Under the pieces are notes generated by a model. It did no database searches. It had not been told where the DNA came from and saw only the letters and a program-made list of their open reading frames with translations. From assembly GCA_964389665.1 (NCBI GenBank), contig CAYMFC010000001.1, positions 1 through 59,292 of the forward strand: DNA of 59,292 nt, read 5' to 3'. Each line of letters begins with the position of its first letter. Position 1 is the first letter of the stretch. Below, piece by piece: positions 9,899-18,525 of the stretch. The translations under genes were made by a program, and so were the position numbers. This stretch comes from an uncultured Desulfobacteraceae bacterium (lineage in GTDB: Bacteria > Desulfobacterota > DSM-4660 > Desulfatiglandales > B25-G16).

Positions 9899-10951
9899 AT
9901 GGAGGATGGAATATCCCATATCTTGATCATCAAGTTAAGCGCAATCGGCGATGTAGTCCATAGCCTCCCCTTGCTTGAGGTCTTGAGGCAGAGGTTTCCA
10001 CTGGCAAGGATCGATTGGCTGGTTGAAGAGGATGCATCGGGCATTGTCGAGGGACATCCCTCCATAAATGGGCTGCTCGTGTTTCCCCGCAAGAGCTGGC
10101 TGCAAAGATTCAAGAAAAAAGGGGAATCTATTTCAGTAGGCAGAGAGGCAGCCCGGTTTATAAGAGGGCTTAGGAGTAAGAGATACGACATAGTCATCGA
10201 CCTCCAGGGATTATTGAAGAGCGGGGTACTAACCTTTCTTGCCAGGGGAAAACGGAAGATAGCCCTAAATAATGGAAGAGAGGGAAGTTGGCTTTTCGTT
10301 CATGAGAGGGTGGCTGTTCCCAGCCGGGAGATGCATGCCCTTGAGAGATATCTTTATATCGCACGGAGCTTGGGAGTGGAAGATCCACGCTGGGATGGAT
10401 CTATCCCGGTTTTTGAGAACGACAAGGCCTATGTTGACGCCCTGCTTGGAAAGCAAGACCTTGACCGAATCTTGGTAGCCGTCAATCCTATGGCCAAGTG
10501 GGAGACCAAGTTGTGGGAGCCGAGCAGATTCGCATTGCTGGCTGACCGTATCAACGAAAAACTGGGTGCAGCAGTTATCTTTACAGGAAGCGGTGCGGAT
10601 AGGGATGCGATAGGAGCCATTCAATCTGAAATGAACTCAGAGGCCCTGAATCTGGCAGGGAGGATGACCTTGAAACAATTGGCCTGCCTCTATCAAAGGT
10701 GCGCTGTGGTCATCTCCACCGATACCGGGCCTATGCATATTGCTGCTGCAATGAAATCTCCCATCGTTGTTGGCCTTTTCGGGCCGACATCCCCCTTGAG
10801 GACCGGCCCGTATGGAGCAGGGCAAAGGGTAGTGAGGGCTGGGGTTGTTTGCAGTCCCTGCTTCAAGAAGCAGTGCGATGATAGGCAATGCATGAGACAG
10901 ATCACAGTGGATATGGTATATGAGGCGGTAAAAGAAGGTATAAATGCCTAA
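9899..10951 (+). CDS. GT9 heptosyltransferase (WaaC-like)
   Basis: 350 aa with motifs 'ILIIKLSAIGDVVHSLP' and 'TDTGPMHIAAA'. The start lies 1 nt after the gmhB stop. Confidence 0.8.
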   Translation: MEDGISHILIIKLSAIGDVVHSLPLLEVLRQRFPLARIDWLVEEDASGIVEGHPSINGLLVFPRKSWLQRFKKKGESISVGREAARFIRGLRSKRYDIVIDLQGLLKSGVLTFLARGKRKIALNNGREGSWLFVHERVAVPSREMHALERYLYIARSLGVEDPRWDGSIPVFENDKAYVDALLGKQDLDRILVAVNPMAKWETKLWEPSRFALLADRINEKLGAAVIFTGSGADRDAIGAIQSEMNSEALNLAGRMTLKQLACLYQRCAVVISTDTGPMHIAAAMKSPIVVGLFGPTSPLRTGPYGAGQRVVRAGVVCSPCFKKQCDDRQCMRQITVDMVYEAVKEGINA

Positions 10952-11092
10952 AATGAAGGGTATGTAACGAAGCAAAGGGTGAAACCTTTTGATAGATGAC
11001 AAAGGACTTGCGAATCTTGCCTCTATTTCTATCAAATTTTAGCTCACTTTAAATTTTAGGCACTTCAGCTCACTTACGTAAGGAGGCTCTAA

Positions 11093-11269
11093 ATGGCTAT
11101 TAGCAAGGAGTTGTTGGATATCCTGGTGTGCCCGAAGTGTAAGGGAGAGATCTATCTTAACGATGCCGGAGATGGATTGATTTGCGATCGCTGCAAGCTG
11201 CTCTATGAGATCAAAGACGACATACCGATTATGCTTATCGATGAGGCAAAGAAGATAGAAGGGAAATAA
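11093..11269 (+). CDS. Trm112/YcaR (UPF0434) family zinc-ribbon mini-protein
   Basis: 58-aa ORF below the ORF-track cutoff: 'MAISKELLDILVCPKCKGEIYLNDAGDGLICDRCKLLYEIKDDIPIMLIDEAKKIEGK'. An AAGGAGG RBS sits 6 nt upstream. The CPxC...CxxC plus 'DDIPIML' pattern resembles E. coli YcaR, whose gene lies in the lpxK-kdsB region. Confidence 0.8.
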   Translation: MAISKELLDILVCPKCKGEIYLNDAGDGLICDRCKLLYEIKDDIPIMLIDEAKKIEGK

Positions 11270-12193
11270 TTGGACATCTCCATCATCGTCGTCTCTTACA
11301 ACACAAAAATCCTTCTCCTCGAGTGCCTGTCCTCGATCTTCGCCACCATCAAGGAGATATCCTTCGAGGTCTGGGTAGTGGATAATAACTCCACCGATGG
11401 AACCCCTGAGGCAGTAAGGGAACGATACCCCGCGGTGAAAGTCATCGCAAACAGGGAAAATCTGGGCTTTGCAGCGGCAAACAACCAGGCCTTCCGGTCC
11501 ATGAGCGGCAGATACGCCCTGCTTCTCAACAGTGATACTGTGTTGACCGAGGGAGCGGTGCAAGCGCTCTATGATTTTATGGAATCCCATCCAAAAGCCG
11601 GGATGGGATGAGGACAACTGCTGAACCAGGATGGTTCAAATCAAAACTCCATTGCCAATTTCCCAACGCCCTTGACCCTGCTCTGTAATGAGACCCTGTT
11701 GCGAGTGTTATGTCCAAAAAGGTTTCCCAGCAAGAGAAGGCGGTATCGCTCCCCCATTGAGGTAGAATCATGTATAGGCGCCTGTGTAATGGTTCGGAAA
11801 AAGGCCATGGATGAGGTAGGCTTATTCGATGAAAAATACTTTTTCTTTTTCGAGGAAACGGACTGGGCATATCGGATGTGGCGTGACGGCTGGAGAGTTT
11901 ATTTCGTGCCTTCGGCAAAGATTTTCCATGCCCAAGGTAAAACAGTAGGGAGCGGTGCAAGCTCAAGGATCATGTTCTACAGATCCAGATATCTCTTCCT
12001 GAGAAAGTGGCGCCGCAGCTCCTTTCCCCTGTTCTATGCGATTATCCTTTTGAGATTGCTGACCAATACCGTTCTCTCCATGGCCGGAGTGGTACTGACC
12101 TTTGGGCTCGAAAACTCGATAAAGAAAAGATTCGTCATCTATATCAGGCTCATCCTCTGGCATCTTCGACGGTGTCCTGAGCTGCACGGGTAG
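11270..12193 (+). pseudogene. GT2 glycosyltransferase interrupted by one in-frame TGA (11609-11611)
   Basis: ORFs 11270-11611 and 11672-12193 are in the same frame. The intervening 20 codons read 'GQLLNQDGSNQNSIANFPTP', a normal GT2 segment. The N-terminus 'ISIIVVSYN...VVDNNSTDGT' and the downstream 'CIGACVMVRK..FFFFEETDWAYR' form a single ~307-aa GT2. A TTG start abuts the Trm112-like stop. Confidence 0.75.
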
Positions 12194-12196
12194 AGC

Positions 12197-13294
12197 ATGT
12201 TGGTAAAGGGAGAAAAGATTTCGCTGGAAGCCATAGAGCGAGTGTTGCTCATACAACTTGGGGATATAGGAGACGTGGTGCTCACTATCCCAACGATCAA
12301 GGCATTACGGGAGAGTAAGCCAACGAGTACCTTGTACATCGCAGTGAGGGAACATGCGAGGGAATTGATCGAGGACTGTCCATGGGTTGATGGGGTGATA
12401 TCGGTTGAAAGGATGAAAGGAACGCTGCTGGAAAGGTTTTTCTATCAAAGGGATTTTCTTCAAGCCCTCCGGGCAAAGAAATTTGGAGCAGCCATTGACC
12501 TGAGAACCGGAACAAGAGGCGCCATCTTATCATATGTAAGCGGGGCACCATTGAGGATCGGGAGATATGCGGATGATGGTCGGCTGTGGAGAAACAGGCT
12601 TTTCACCCACCTCGTCAAGCCAGAGAACGAAATGGAGCAGTATTCCTCTTTGCACAGCTTGAATATCGTGGCTCCTTTCAAGGTAGATGCCCGTGACATC
12701 GATCCGGAGCTCACCGTTACCAGGGAACAGGAAATGCGCGTGGAATGCATGCTGCGAGAGGAGGGGATAGGTCTTGACAGATCTCTCATTGCCCTCCATC
12801 CCTTTTCCCGGTGGCGCTACAAGGAATGGCCCACAGAAAACTACACCTCTCTGATCGATTATATAGGTTCGAGATACCCGGTCCAGATCGCAATAACAGG
12901 CTCAGTCGATGAGAGGGGGCGGGCGGCTCATCTGGTGAAGGAGGCCCGTGCAGAGGCCTATAACCTGGCTGGGAAGACCACGATCGGTGATTTGGCAGCT
13001 GTATTCAAGAAATGCGGGTTACTAATCGGTATCGACAGCGCCGCAATGCATATTGCAGCAGCCGTCGGCACACCTACGGTCACCATATTCGGGCCCTCTG
13101 CCCCAATAAATTGGGCCCCAAGAGGGAAGCAACACGAGATCATCTTCAAGGATCTGCCCTGTGTGCCGTGCAGACAGAAGGGATGCAACCATAGCGGGAT
13201 GAGTCGGTGCTTACAGGAGCTGGAGGTCGGAGAGGTGATTGAGGCGGTGGATAAAAAGATCACAGAGATCCTTGAGAGGACCGACGATGATTAA
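12197..13294 (+). CDS. GT9 heptosyltransferase-family glycosyltransferase (third paralog)
   Basis: 365 aa with motifs 'VLLIQLGDIGDVVLTIP' and 'IDSAAMHIAAA'. Confidence 0.8.
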   Translation: MLVKGEKISLEAIERVLLIQLGDIGDVVLTIPTIKALRESKPTSTLYIAVREHARELIEDCPWVDGVISVERMKGTLLERFFYQRDFLQALRAKKFGAAIDLRTGTRGAILSYVSGAPLRIGRYADDGRLWRNRLFTHLVKPENEMEQYSSLHSLNIVAPFKVDARDIDPELTVTREQEMRVECMLREEGIGLDRSLIALHPFSRWRYKEWPTENYTSLIDYIGSRYPVQIAITGSVDERGRAAHLVKEARAEAYNLAGKTTIGDLAAVFKKCGLLIGIDSAAMHIAAAVGTPTVTIFGPSAPINWAPRGKQHEIIFKDLPCVPCRQKGCNHSGMSRCLQELEVGEVIEAVDKKITEILERTDDD

Positions 13295-14130
13295 GCCTCC
13301 CTATCTCCCCGAAGTTCGGCCAGAACAGCTATACTGTGTCCTGAATAAAACTTAGCGATGCGTCTTGCGAATATGCTCACTACAGGAATCCGCTTTAATG
13401 CCTGTTTCACCGTTTCTGAATGGTAGTCTTTCTTCTTTACCACACGAAATCCACATTCCGTAAGGAGCCCTTGTAAGGTCTTAGGTGTAAAGTGAAAAAA
13501 GTGGTAGGGCAAGCTCCATCCAACCCATTCTTTCCAGTTCTTGCGCGCATCTGTTCCCTCGTAATTAGGGACATCTACTATCAGGATACCATCGCTCTTC
13601 AACCAATACCTTGCCCGTAAAATTACATTTCGTGGATCTGATGTGTGTTCAAGAAAATGCCACATGGTGATTATGTCGAAACAGTGCGGAGGGAATTTTA
13701 CCTCATTGATATGTCCAATACTTATGGGGAGCCCGAGTTTTTTGGCGGCATGCTGGGATGCCCATTCTGAGATATCCAAACCCTGAACATCATAGCCGTA
13801 ATCTCTGCAAGCCAGCAAAAAATACCCATATCCGCACCCGATATCTAAAACCCTACCCCTTGTCTTTATTCCCCTGAAAAACCGTATACGATGTGTTTCA
13901 AGGCTAAGTGGCTTTTTAAACTCTGGCGAGCCAGGATCTCCTCCTACAGCAAAGTGTTCATCACAATACTGCTTGCTGTAAAGTGTTATGAGATCCTCTT
14001 TCGAAGGTCTTGGATCTAAAAACCCAAGACCACAGGAAGAACACCGATAGACCTTCCATGAATCCTTTTCTAACAGGAGTTCTCTGCCTCTAGACCCACA
14101 CAGGATGCAATGCTCTGGAGCTTTTTCCAT
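13291..14130 (-). CDS. Class I SAM-dependent methyltransferase with N-terminal zinc ribbon
   Basis: 279 aa with 'CILCGS...CSSCGLGF' followed by SAM motif I 'VLDIGCGYGYF'. It lies inside the LPS core cluster. Confidence 0.8.
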   Translation of the reverse strand: MEKAPEHCILCGSRGRELLLEKDSWKVYRCSSCGLGFLDPRPSKEDLITLYSKQYCDEHFAVGGDPGSPEFKKPLSLETHRIRFFRGIKTRGRVLDIGCGYGYFLLACRDYGYDVQGLDISEWASQHAAKKLGLPISIGHINEVKFPPHCFDIITMWHFLEHTSDPRNVILRARYWLKSDGILIVDVPNYEGTDARKNWKEWVGWSLPYHFFHFTPKTLQGLLTECGFRVVKKKDYHSETVKQALKRIPVVSIFARRIAKFYSGHSIAVLAELRGDREA

Positions 14131-14238
14131 GTCAACAGGTACTCAGTGTGATGAAATGGAATGGTATCAATCTAACGGAAGTGATTATAGGAAATCTCAC
14201 ATACGGGGTCAACAATTGAAATCGATTGCCTGCCGGTA

Positions 14239-14267
14239 TTGACATAGCTCCCTGCTTCCCCTATATT
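14239..14267 (+). promoter_or_regulatory. Sigma70-type promoter for the GT2 gene
   Basis: TTGACA (14239-14244), a 17-nt spacer, then TATATT (14262-14267), about 40 nt upstream of the ATG at 14306. Confidence 0.55.
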
Positions 14268-14305
14268 TCATAGCCGGAAAGGCAATATTGGCCGTGAGAG
14301 GTCCT

Positions 14306-15238
14306 ATGATCAAGATCCTGGTTGGAATACCGGTGCTCAATAATATTGAGATGACCCGAGCCTGCATGCAAAGTCTCTATCAACACGCCGATTCGGATAG
14401 AATGGATTTCAATATCTCCGTGGTGATTATCGATAACGGCTCCAGCGACGATATTGCCAGCCTTGTCACGAAAGATTTCAAAGAGGCGAGGTTTCCCACC
14501 TATTATGTGAGGAATCCAAGGAATTTGGGGGTTTCGATCGCGTGGAATCAAATATTGCGCTTTGCTCCAGGCACCATAGAAAGCTCCTCTTTGTATTACG
14601 ACTACTATGTGATCTCTAATAACGATATCCTGTTCGGGCCTGATTGGCTCCAGCCCATGGTCGAGGCCATGGAAGACGATGAGCGCATTGGCTGGGTTGC
14701 AGCCCTGGAGAACGGCTCGCCCGTGATGAAGGAATTGGTAGAGGCCCATTCGAATACAAAGAGATACCGCGTCGATCCCAATAAGCCATATTCCTCGGAA
14801 AATATCCGGGAGAGCGTGAAAAAGGTGTACGAGAAATGGGGCGGGCATGAGCCCTTCTGCAGAATGGTGAAGGAAAGCGGCCTCCCCCTCTTTATAGGGA
14901 GGATGCGATCAGCTGTGTGTTTCATGATACGGCCAGCCATGATGCAACAGCTCGGCTTTTTCGATGAGGATTTTCCTCCGGTGGGGATCTCAGAGGATTT
15001 GGAATACTTCTTGAGGATCGAGGGGGTCATCAAACCCCCATGGATCAGGGATGACTATCCAGCGGAGGGAAAGTGGAAATACGGCCTCTGCAGCAGGAGT
15101 GTGATCCACCATAACTGGTGCATGACCAGGCAAGGGCCTAGTTTCGACGGTCGAAGATGGGACCAGGAAAAGGAGAAGAACTGGAAGGCCAAGTTCGGTC
15201 GATCAAAAAAGTACTTCATAAAGAAGTTCCTGGTCTAG
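14306..15238 (+). CDS. GT2 family glycosyltransferase
   Basis: 'ILVGIPVLNN...VVIIDNGSSDD' is a GT2 N-terminus. I prefer the ATG at 14306 (GAGAGG RBS 4 nt upstream) to the TTG at 14288. Confidence 0.75.
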   Translation: MIKILVGIPVLNNIEMTRACMQSLYQHADSDRMDFNISVVIIDNGSSDDIASLVTKDFKEARFPTYYVRNPRNLGVSIAWNQILRFAPGTIESSSLYYDYYVISNNDILFGPDWLQPMVEAMEDDERIGWVAALENGSPVMKELVEAHSNTKRYRVDPNKPYSSENIRESVKKVYEKWGGHEPFCRMVKESGLPLFIGRMRSAVCFMIRPAMMQQLGFFDEDFPPVGISEDLEYFLRIEGVIKPPWIRDDYPAEGKWKYGLCSRSVIHHNWCMTRQGPSFDGRRWDQEKEKNWKAKFGRSKKYFIKKFLV

Positions 15239-15256
15239 AGCTTTCCGGGTACACCT

Positions 15257-16435
15257 TTACTCACCCCTTGGAGCCACTCCCGCTACTTCATTAAATACCC
15301 TTAGCATCTCGAGGTGATTTCTCTCCAGCGAGTACCGCTGGCCTGTGAGGGAGGCCTCCTTGGACATACGTTGGAGGGTCTCAGGGGAAAAAAAGACCTT
15401 CATCGCCTCTACGAGTTCTCTGGAATCCGGGGGATGCGAGATACGATATCCGTTCTTGCCGTGTGTGATGATGCCTGCTGCTCCGTTGGCAGTGGTGGTA
15501 ATTGCAGGAAGACCGCAGGCCATTGCCTCTATGACTACCAGCGAGCAGGCATCATAGAAGGTAGGGAGCACCATAACATCGCAGCTGGCGTAGTAGTCAT
15601 CAGGGCTTTTCGTGGGACCCGTGAATATCGCTGTTTCCCCAAGACCTAACCGAGCAATCCTTCTGATAAGAGAAGGGGAGGGGGATTGACCGACCACCAC
15701 CAGCTTGAAGCGCCTAGCATCGGATTTCTTTAACTGAGCGGCGGCCTCGATCAGGGGCCCGATGCCCTTTTTCCTCAGATCGTAGGATATGAACAGAAAG
15801 GCGATATCGCCCTCCTTTAAACCCAGGCGTTCCCGCATGGGAAACCGAAGGTGTTCCCTCAGGCCAATATTGTACCGTTCCGTATCTATGCCGTTATAGA
15901 TGAGCTCGATTTCCTCTTTATTGATGCCGTAAAACGAGGCCATGTCATCCCTGACCATCTCCGAGATCGCGATGATCCTGGGTCTCGGTTCGATCCTGAA
16001 CGGGGCTGACTCTATCCATTGTCTGGTCTTATCCTTTGGCGATAGGGCGATGAGCATGCGTTTAAGCAGTCGCAGGAGGGAATTCTGCGCGGAAAATACC
16101 TTTCTGGATGTGGAGAACCTGTGTACCCCGCCATGGCTCTGGTATACATTCATGTATATCGTATTTCCAAAGCCCAGAACCACATTGAACCCCTGGCCCG
16201 TTACCATGCGCCTGTGTCGAAGGGCAAAGAAGATCATCGCGACCCACGAGGGCAAGAAGTGCGGGATCCCTATCCTGTGGAAGGTTGCTCCAGATGGTTC
16301 GCCATCCCAGTTCCGACCGAAAAGATGGACCTCCCATCCCCGAGCGATGAGGCTGGAGGCAAGGGAGCTGGCATATGATTCTGCTCCGCCCTTGAACCTG
16401 CTGAAATCTTCAATGGCCAGTGCGATCCTTTTCAC
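15257..16435 (-). CDS. GT4 (GT-B) glycosyltransferase, WaaG-like
   Basis: 392 aa. N-terminal 'GGAESYASSLA' and C-terminal 'VLPTFYDACSLVVIEAMACGLP' (EX7E region) are typical of GT4. Confidence 0.85.
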   Translation of the reverse strand: MKRIALAIEDFSRFKGGAESYASSLASSLIARGWEVHLFGRNWDGEPSGATFHRIGIPHFLPSWVAMIFFALRHRRMVTGQGFNVVLGFGNTIYMNVYQSHGGVHRFSTSRKVFSAQNSLLRLLKRMLIALSPKDKTRQWIESAPFRIEPRPRIIAISEMVRDDMASFYGINKEEIELIYNGIDTERYNIGLREHLRFPMRERLGLKEGDIAFLFISYDLRKKGIGPLIEAAAQLKKSDARRFKLVVVGQSPSPSLIRRIARLGLGETAIFTGPTKSPDDYYASCDVMVLPTFYDACSLVVIEAMACGLPAITTTANGAAGIITHGKNGYRISHPPDSRELVEAMKVFFSPETLQRMSKEASLTGQRYSLERNHLEMLRVFNEVAGVAPRGE

Positions 16436-16446
16436 TGCATGGGTCC

Positions 16447-17220
16447 TCAGGAGGAAGGGAAAGGCCTGTTCCCGAACCCTCTCTTTAGCTCTCGAAGCTT
16501 GACGTACCGAACGAATACAGCATAGGCCGAACTCAGCGCGATGATGAATCCTGCAATCCCATCGAGAAAACCCAGCCTGAGGAGGTACACCTCTATGAAT
16601 TTGAGCGGAGGCCTTAAAAGTAGTAGGAGCGGGCTGAAACGTTTTCCTTGGTCATGGAGGTTTCGAGCAAGGAGGGTTGAGAACGCATTGATGGTCTGAA
16701 TCTGACCCGAAATTGTGCCATTATACGGATAATGGAGGAGGTTGTTCGCTAATCTGCCCACTTCTCCATTCACCTCAACGCGCTCGTGCACCCTTTTTCC
16801 CACCCATGAGGCCTTGTCGCGTTTAAAGAGCCTGAGCTGGCGGTCGGGGTAAAATCCACTGTGCTTGATCCACCTCCCCTGGTAAAAAGAGAGCCGCGGC
16901 ACGCTATAGCCCTCTTTAGCGTATTCCTTTTTGATCTCGTCTTGGATTTCATCCCGGAGCTCCTCCGGTATTTCCTCATCGGCATCGAGGCTGAATACCC
17001 ATTCGCAGGCGGCCTTGGAGAGGGCGAAATTCTTCCCGTCAACAAACCCGGACCATACCCTCTGATACACCCTATCGGTATACTCCCGTGCGATTTCAAC
17101 GGTCTTGTCCTGGCTCATGGAGTCTACCACGATTATCTCATCGGCCCACTTCGAGCTCTCAAGACACCTCAGGATGTTTTCCTCCTCGTTGAAGCAGATA
17201 ATACAGATCGAGATCGACAT
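16447..17220 (-). CDS. GT2 LPS-core glycosyltransferase (WaaE/KdtX-like)
   Basis: 257 aa with 'ISICIICFNEEENILRCLES..ADEIIVVDSMSQDKT' and 'SLDADEE'. Confidence 0.8.
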   Translation of the reverse strand: MSISICIICFNEEENILRCLESSKWADEIIVVDSMSQDKTVEIAREYTDRVYQRVWSGFVDGKNFALSKAACEWVFSLDADEEIPEELRDEIQDEIKKEYAKEGYSVPRLSFYQGRWIKHSGFYPDRQLRLFKRDKASWVGKRVHERVEVNGEVGRLANNLLHYPYNGTISGQIQTINAFSTLLARNLHDQGKRFSPLLLLLRPPLKFIEVYLLRLGFLDGIAGFIIALSSAYAVFVRYVKLRELKRGFGNRPFPSS

Positions 17221-17776
17221 GGGAATAGCCCCACAGGTTTACATTGTAGACATTCTTTGTGAGTATAGGCAAGTCAATAGGGGGCAGTCAATGAAAATTG
17301 GGGTATTATAGATATGGCTCAATCTGCCCTGTTTTTTTATTGATTTCTATAGCCTAAATAAATTACCGTAACATACCGTTAACCAGTAATCCTTATGAGA
17401 ATAGGGAAAATGACTAAAGATAGAGGCAAGGAAAGATATAGCTATGCGAAGCCCGATTCCGTTCGTGTACGATTTACGATCGATAAAGGCCCTGAAGAAC
17501 GCAGAGAACGGGTTCTGAATGTGATCGAAAGCTCAAAAACAGGCCTTGCCTTGATCATCACCGATGAGGATTTGTCTCCTGCACATCTTGAAGAGAGATA
17601 CTGTAGATGAGGATTTTTTTCATAGTTTTCTTGACATAATGCAACCATAATATGTAGAGTGACATAGACTTCAATGAAAGACTTTTCCACTGAGACATGT
17701 TCCTGCCATTGACTTTTTCTGTGAGAGAAAGGTGAAAAAACTGTAAAATATATCATAGGGGAAGGAGGGAAACATT

Positions 17777-18364
17777 ATGTCTAAACATGCCCTTTTGCTT
17801 ATCTGTATCCTCGCGCTCATGGTAGCAGGATGTGCGAACTTGCCATCAGGTAATAAAAAAGAACCTACGGTAACGTTGACAGAGTCGGAATATAACAAGT
17901 TGCTCGAGGAGAAAGCCGGGCTTGAGAAAAAAATTGCAGCAATGGTACCCAAGCCGAAATACGATGCACTGCTTCAGGAAAAGACCGACCTTGACGAAAA
18001 AATAGCAGAAATGACACCTAAGGTGGAGCATGACGCTTTGATTAAAGAGAAGGCCGAGCTTGAGAAAAAGTTAAAGGTATCAGAGGATAAGATTGTTATC
18101 CTTGAGAAGGAAAAGGAGGGGGAAAAGGTAATCCTCCTTTTTGACGGTAAAATAAAATATTCGGTAGAGGCTGCTGCTTCTATGGACTATGAGGAAGTGC
18201 TGGTCCTGACGATGTTGGATGACCCCGAATTCAAAGGGGTCATGGACATGGGGGGCAAAGAGGCAGATATTGCTCTTATAGGCCTCCTTAAGAGAATTAC
18301 CCCCGATGACAGGAGAATCACAGCTGAAGAAATAAAGGTTTACCTAAAAAGCAAGAAAAAATAG
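17777..18364 (+). CDS. Lipoprotein with three 23-aa coiled-coil tandem repeats
   Basis: Lipobox 'LMVAGC' and a GGAGGG RBS. The repeats are YNKLLEEKAGLEKKIAAMVPKPK / YDALLQEKTDLDEKIAEMTPKVE / HDALIKEKAELEKKL. I do not recognise the C-terminal domain. Confidence 0.7.
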   Translation: MSKHALLLICILALMVAGCANLPSGNKKEPTVTLTESEYNKLLEEKAGLEKKIAAMVPKPKYDALLQEKTDLDEKIAEMTPKVEHDALIKEKAELEKKLKVSEDKIVILEKEKEGEKVILLFDGKIKYSVEAAASMDYEEVLVLTMLDDPEFKGVMDMGGKEADIALIGLLKRITPDDRRITAEEIKVYLKSKKK

Positions 18365-18525
18365 TAGTGAATTGCTCGCCATATAGCACGCCGAATCGGA
18401 AGGCTATGCAGTGCATGTTTTTCCGGACCGCTCCATCGCATCAGGCACCCATAGTCAGTTACAAAGAATACCAACTCAACATCGTCAGAGGAGCATAAGC
18501 CATGAGGAGTGTGCGGGTGATGCAT

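Noticed and set aside
11039-11617. 192-aa minus-strand ORF across the Trm112-like gene and the GT2 N-terminus
   Set aside because: The plus strand carries two motif-supported genes with strong RBSs. The antisense product has no recognisable features.
13291-13294. Convergent GT9 and methyltransferase genes share their stop codons within 'ttaa'
   Set aside because: This is a real but trivial consequence of tight packing. It only implies that no terminator lies between them.
14261-14848. 195-aa minus-strand ORF overlapping the GT2 gene and its promoter
   Set aside because: It is antisense to a GT2 gene that has clear motifs, and it would run through the predicted promoter. Nothing supports it.
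17395-17610. 71-aa ORF in the spacer before the lipoprotein gene
   Set aside because: It has no convincing RBS at the first ATG (a weak AGGGA precedes the ATG at 17410) and no recognisable motif. It could be real, but the sequence alone does not support it.
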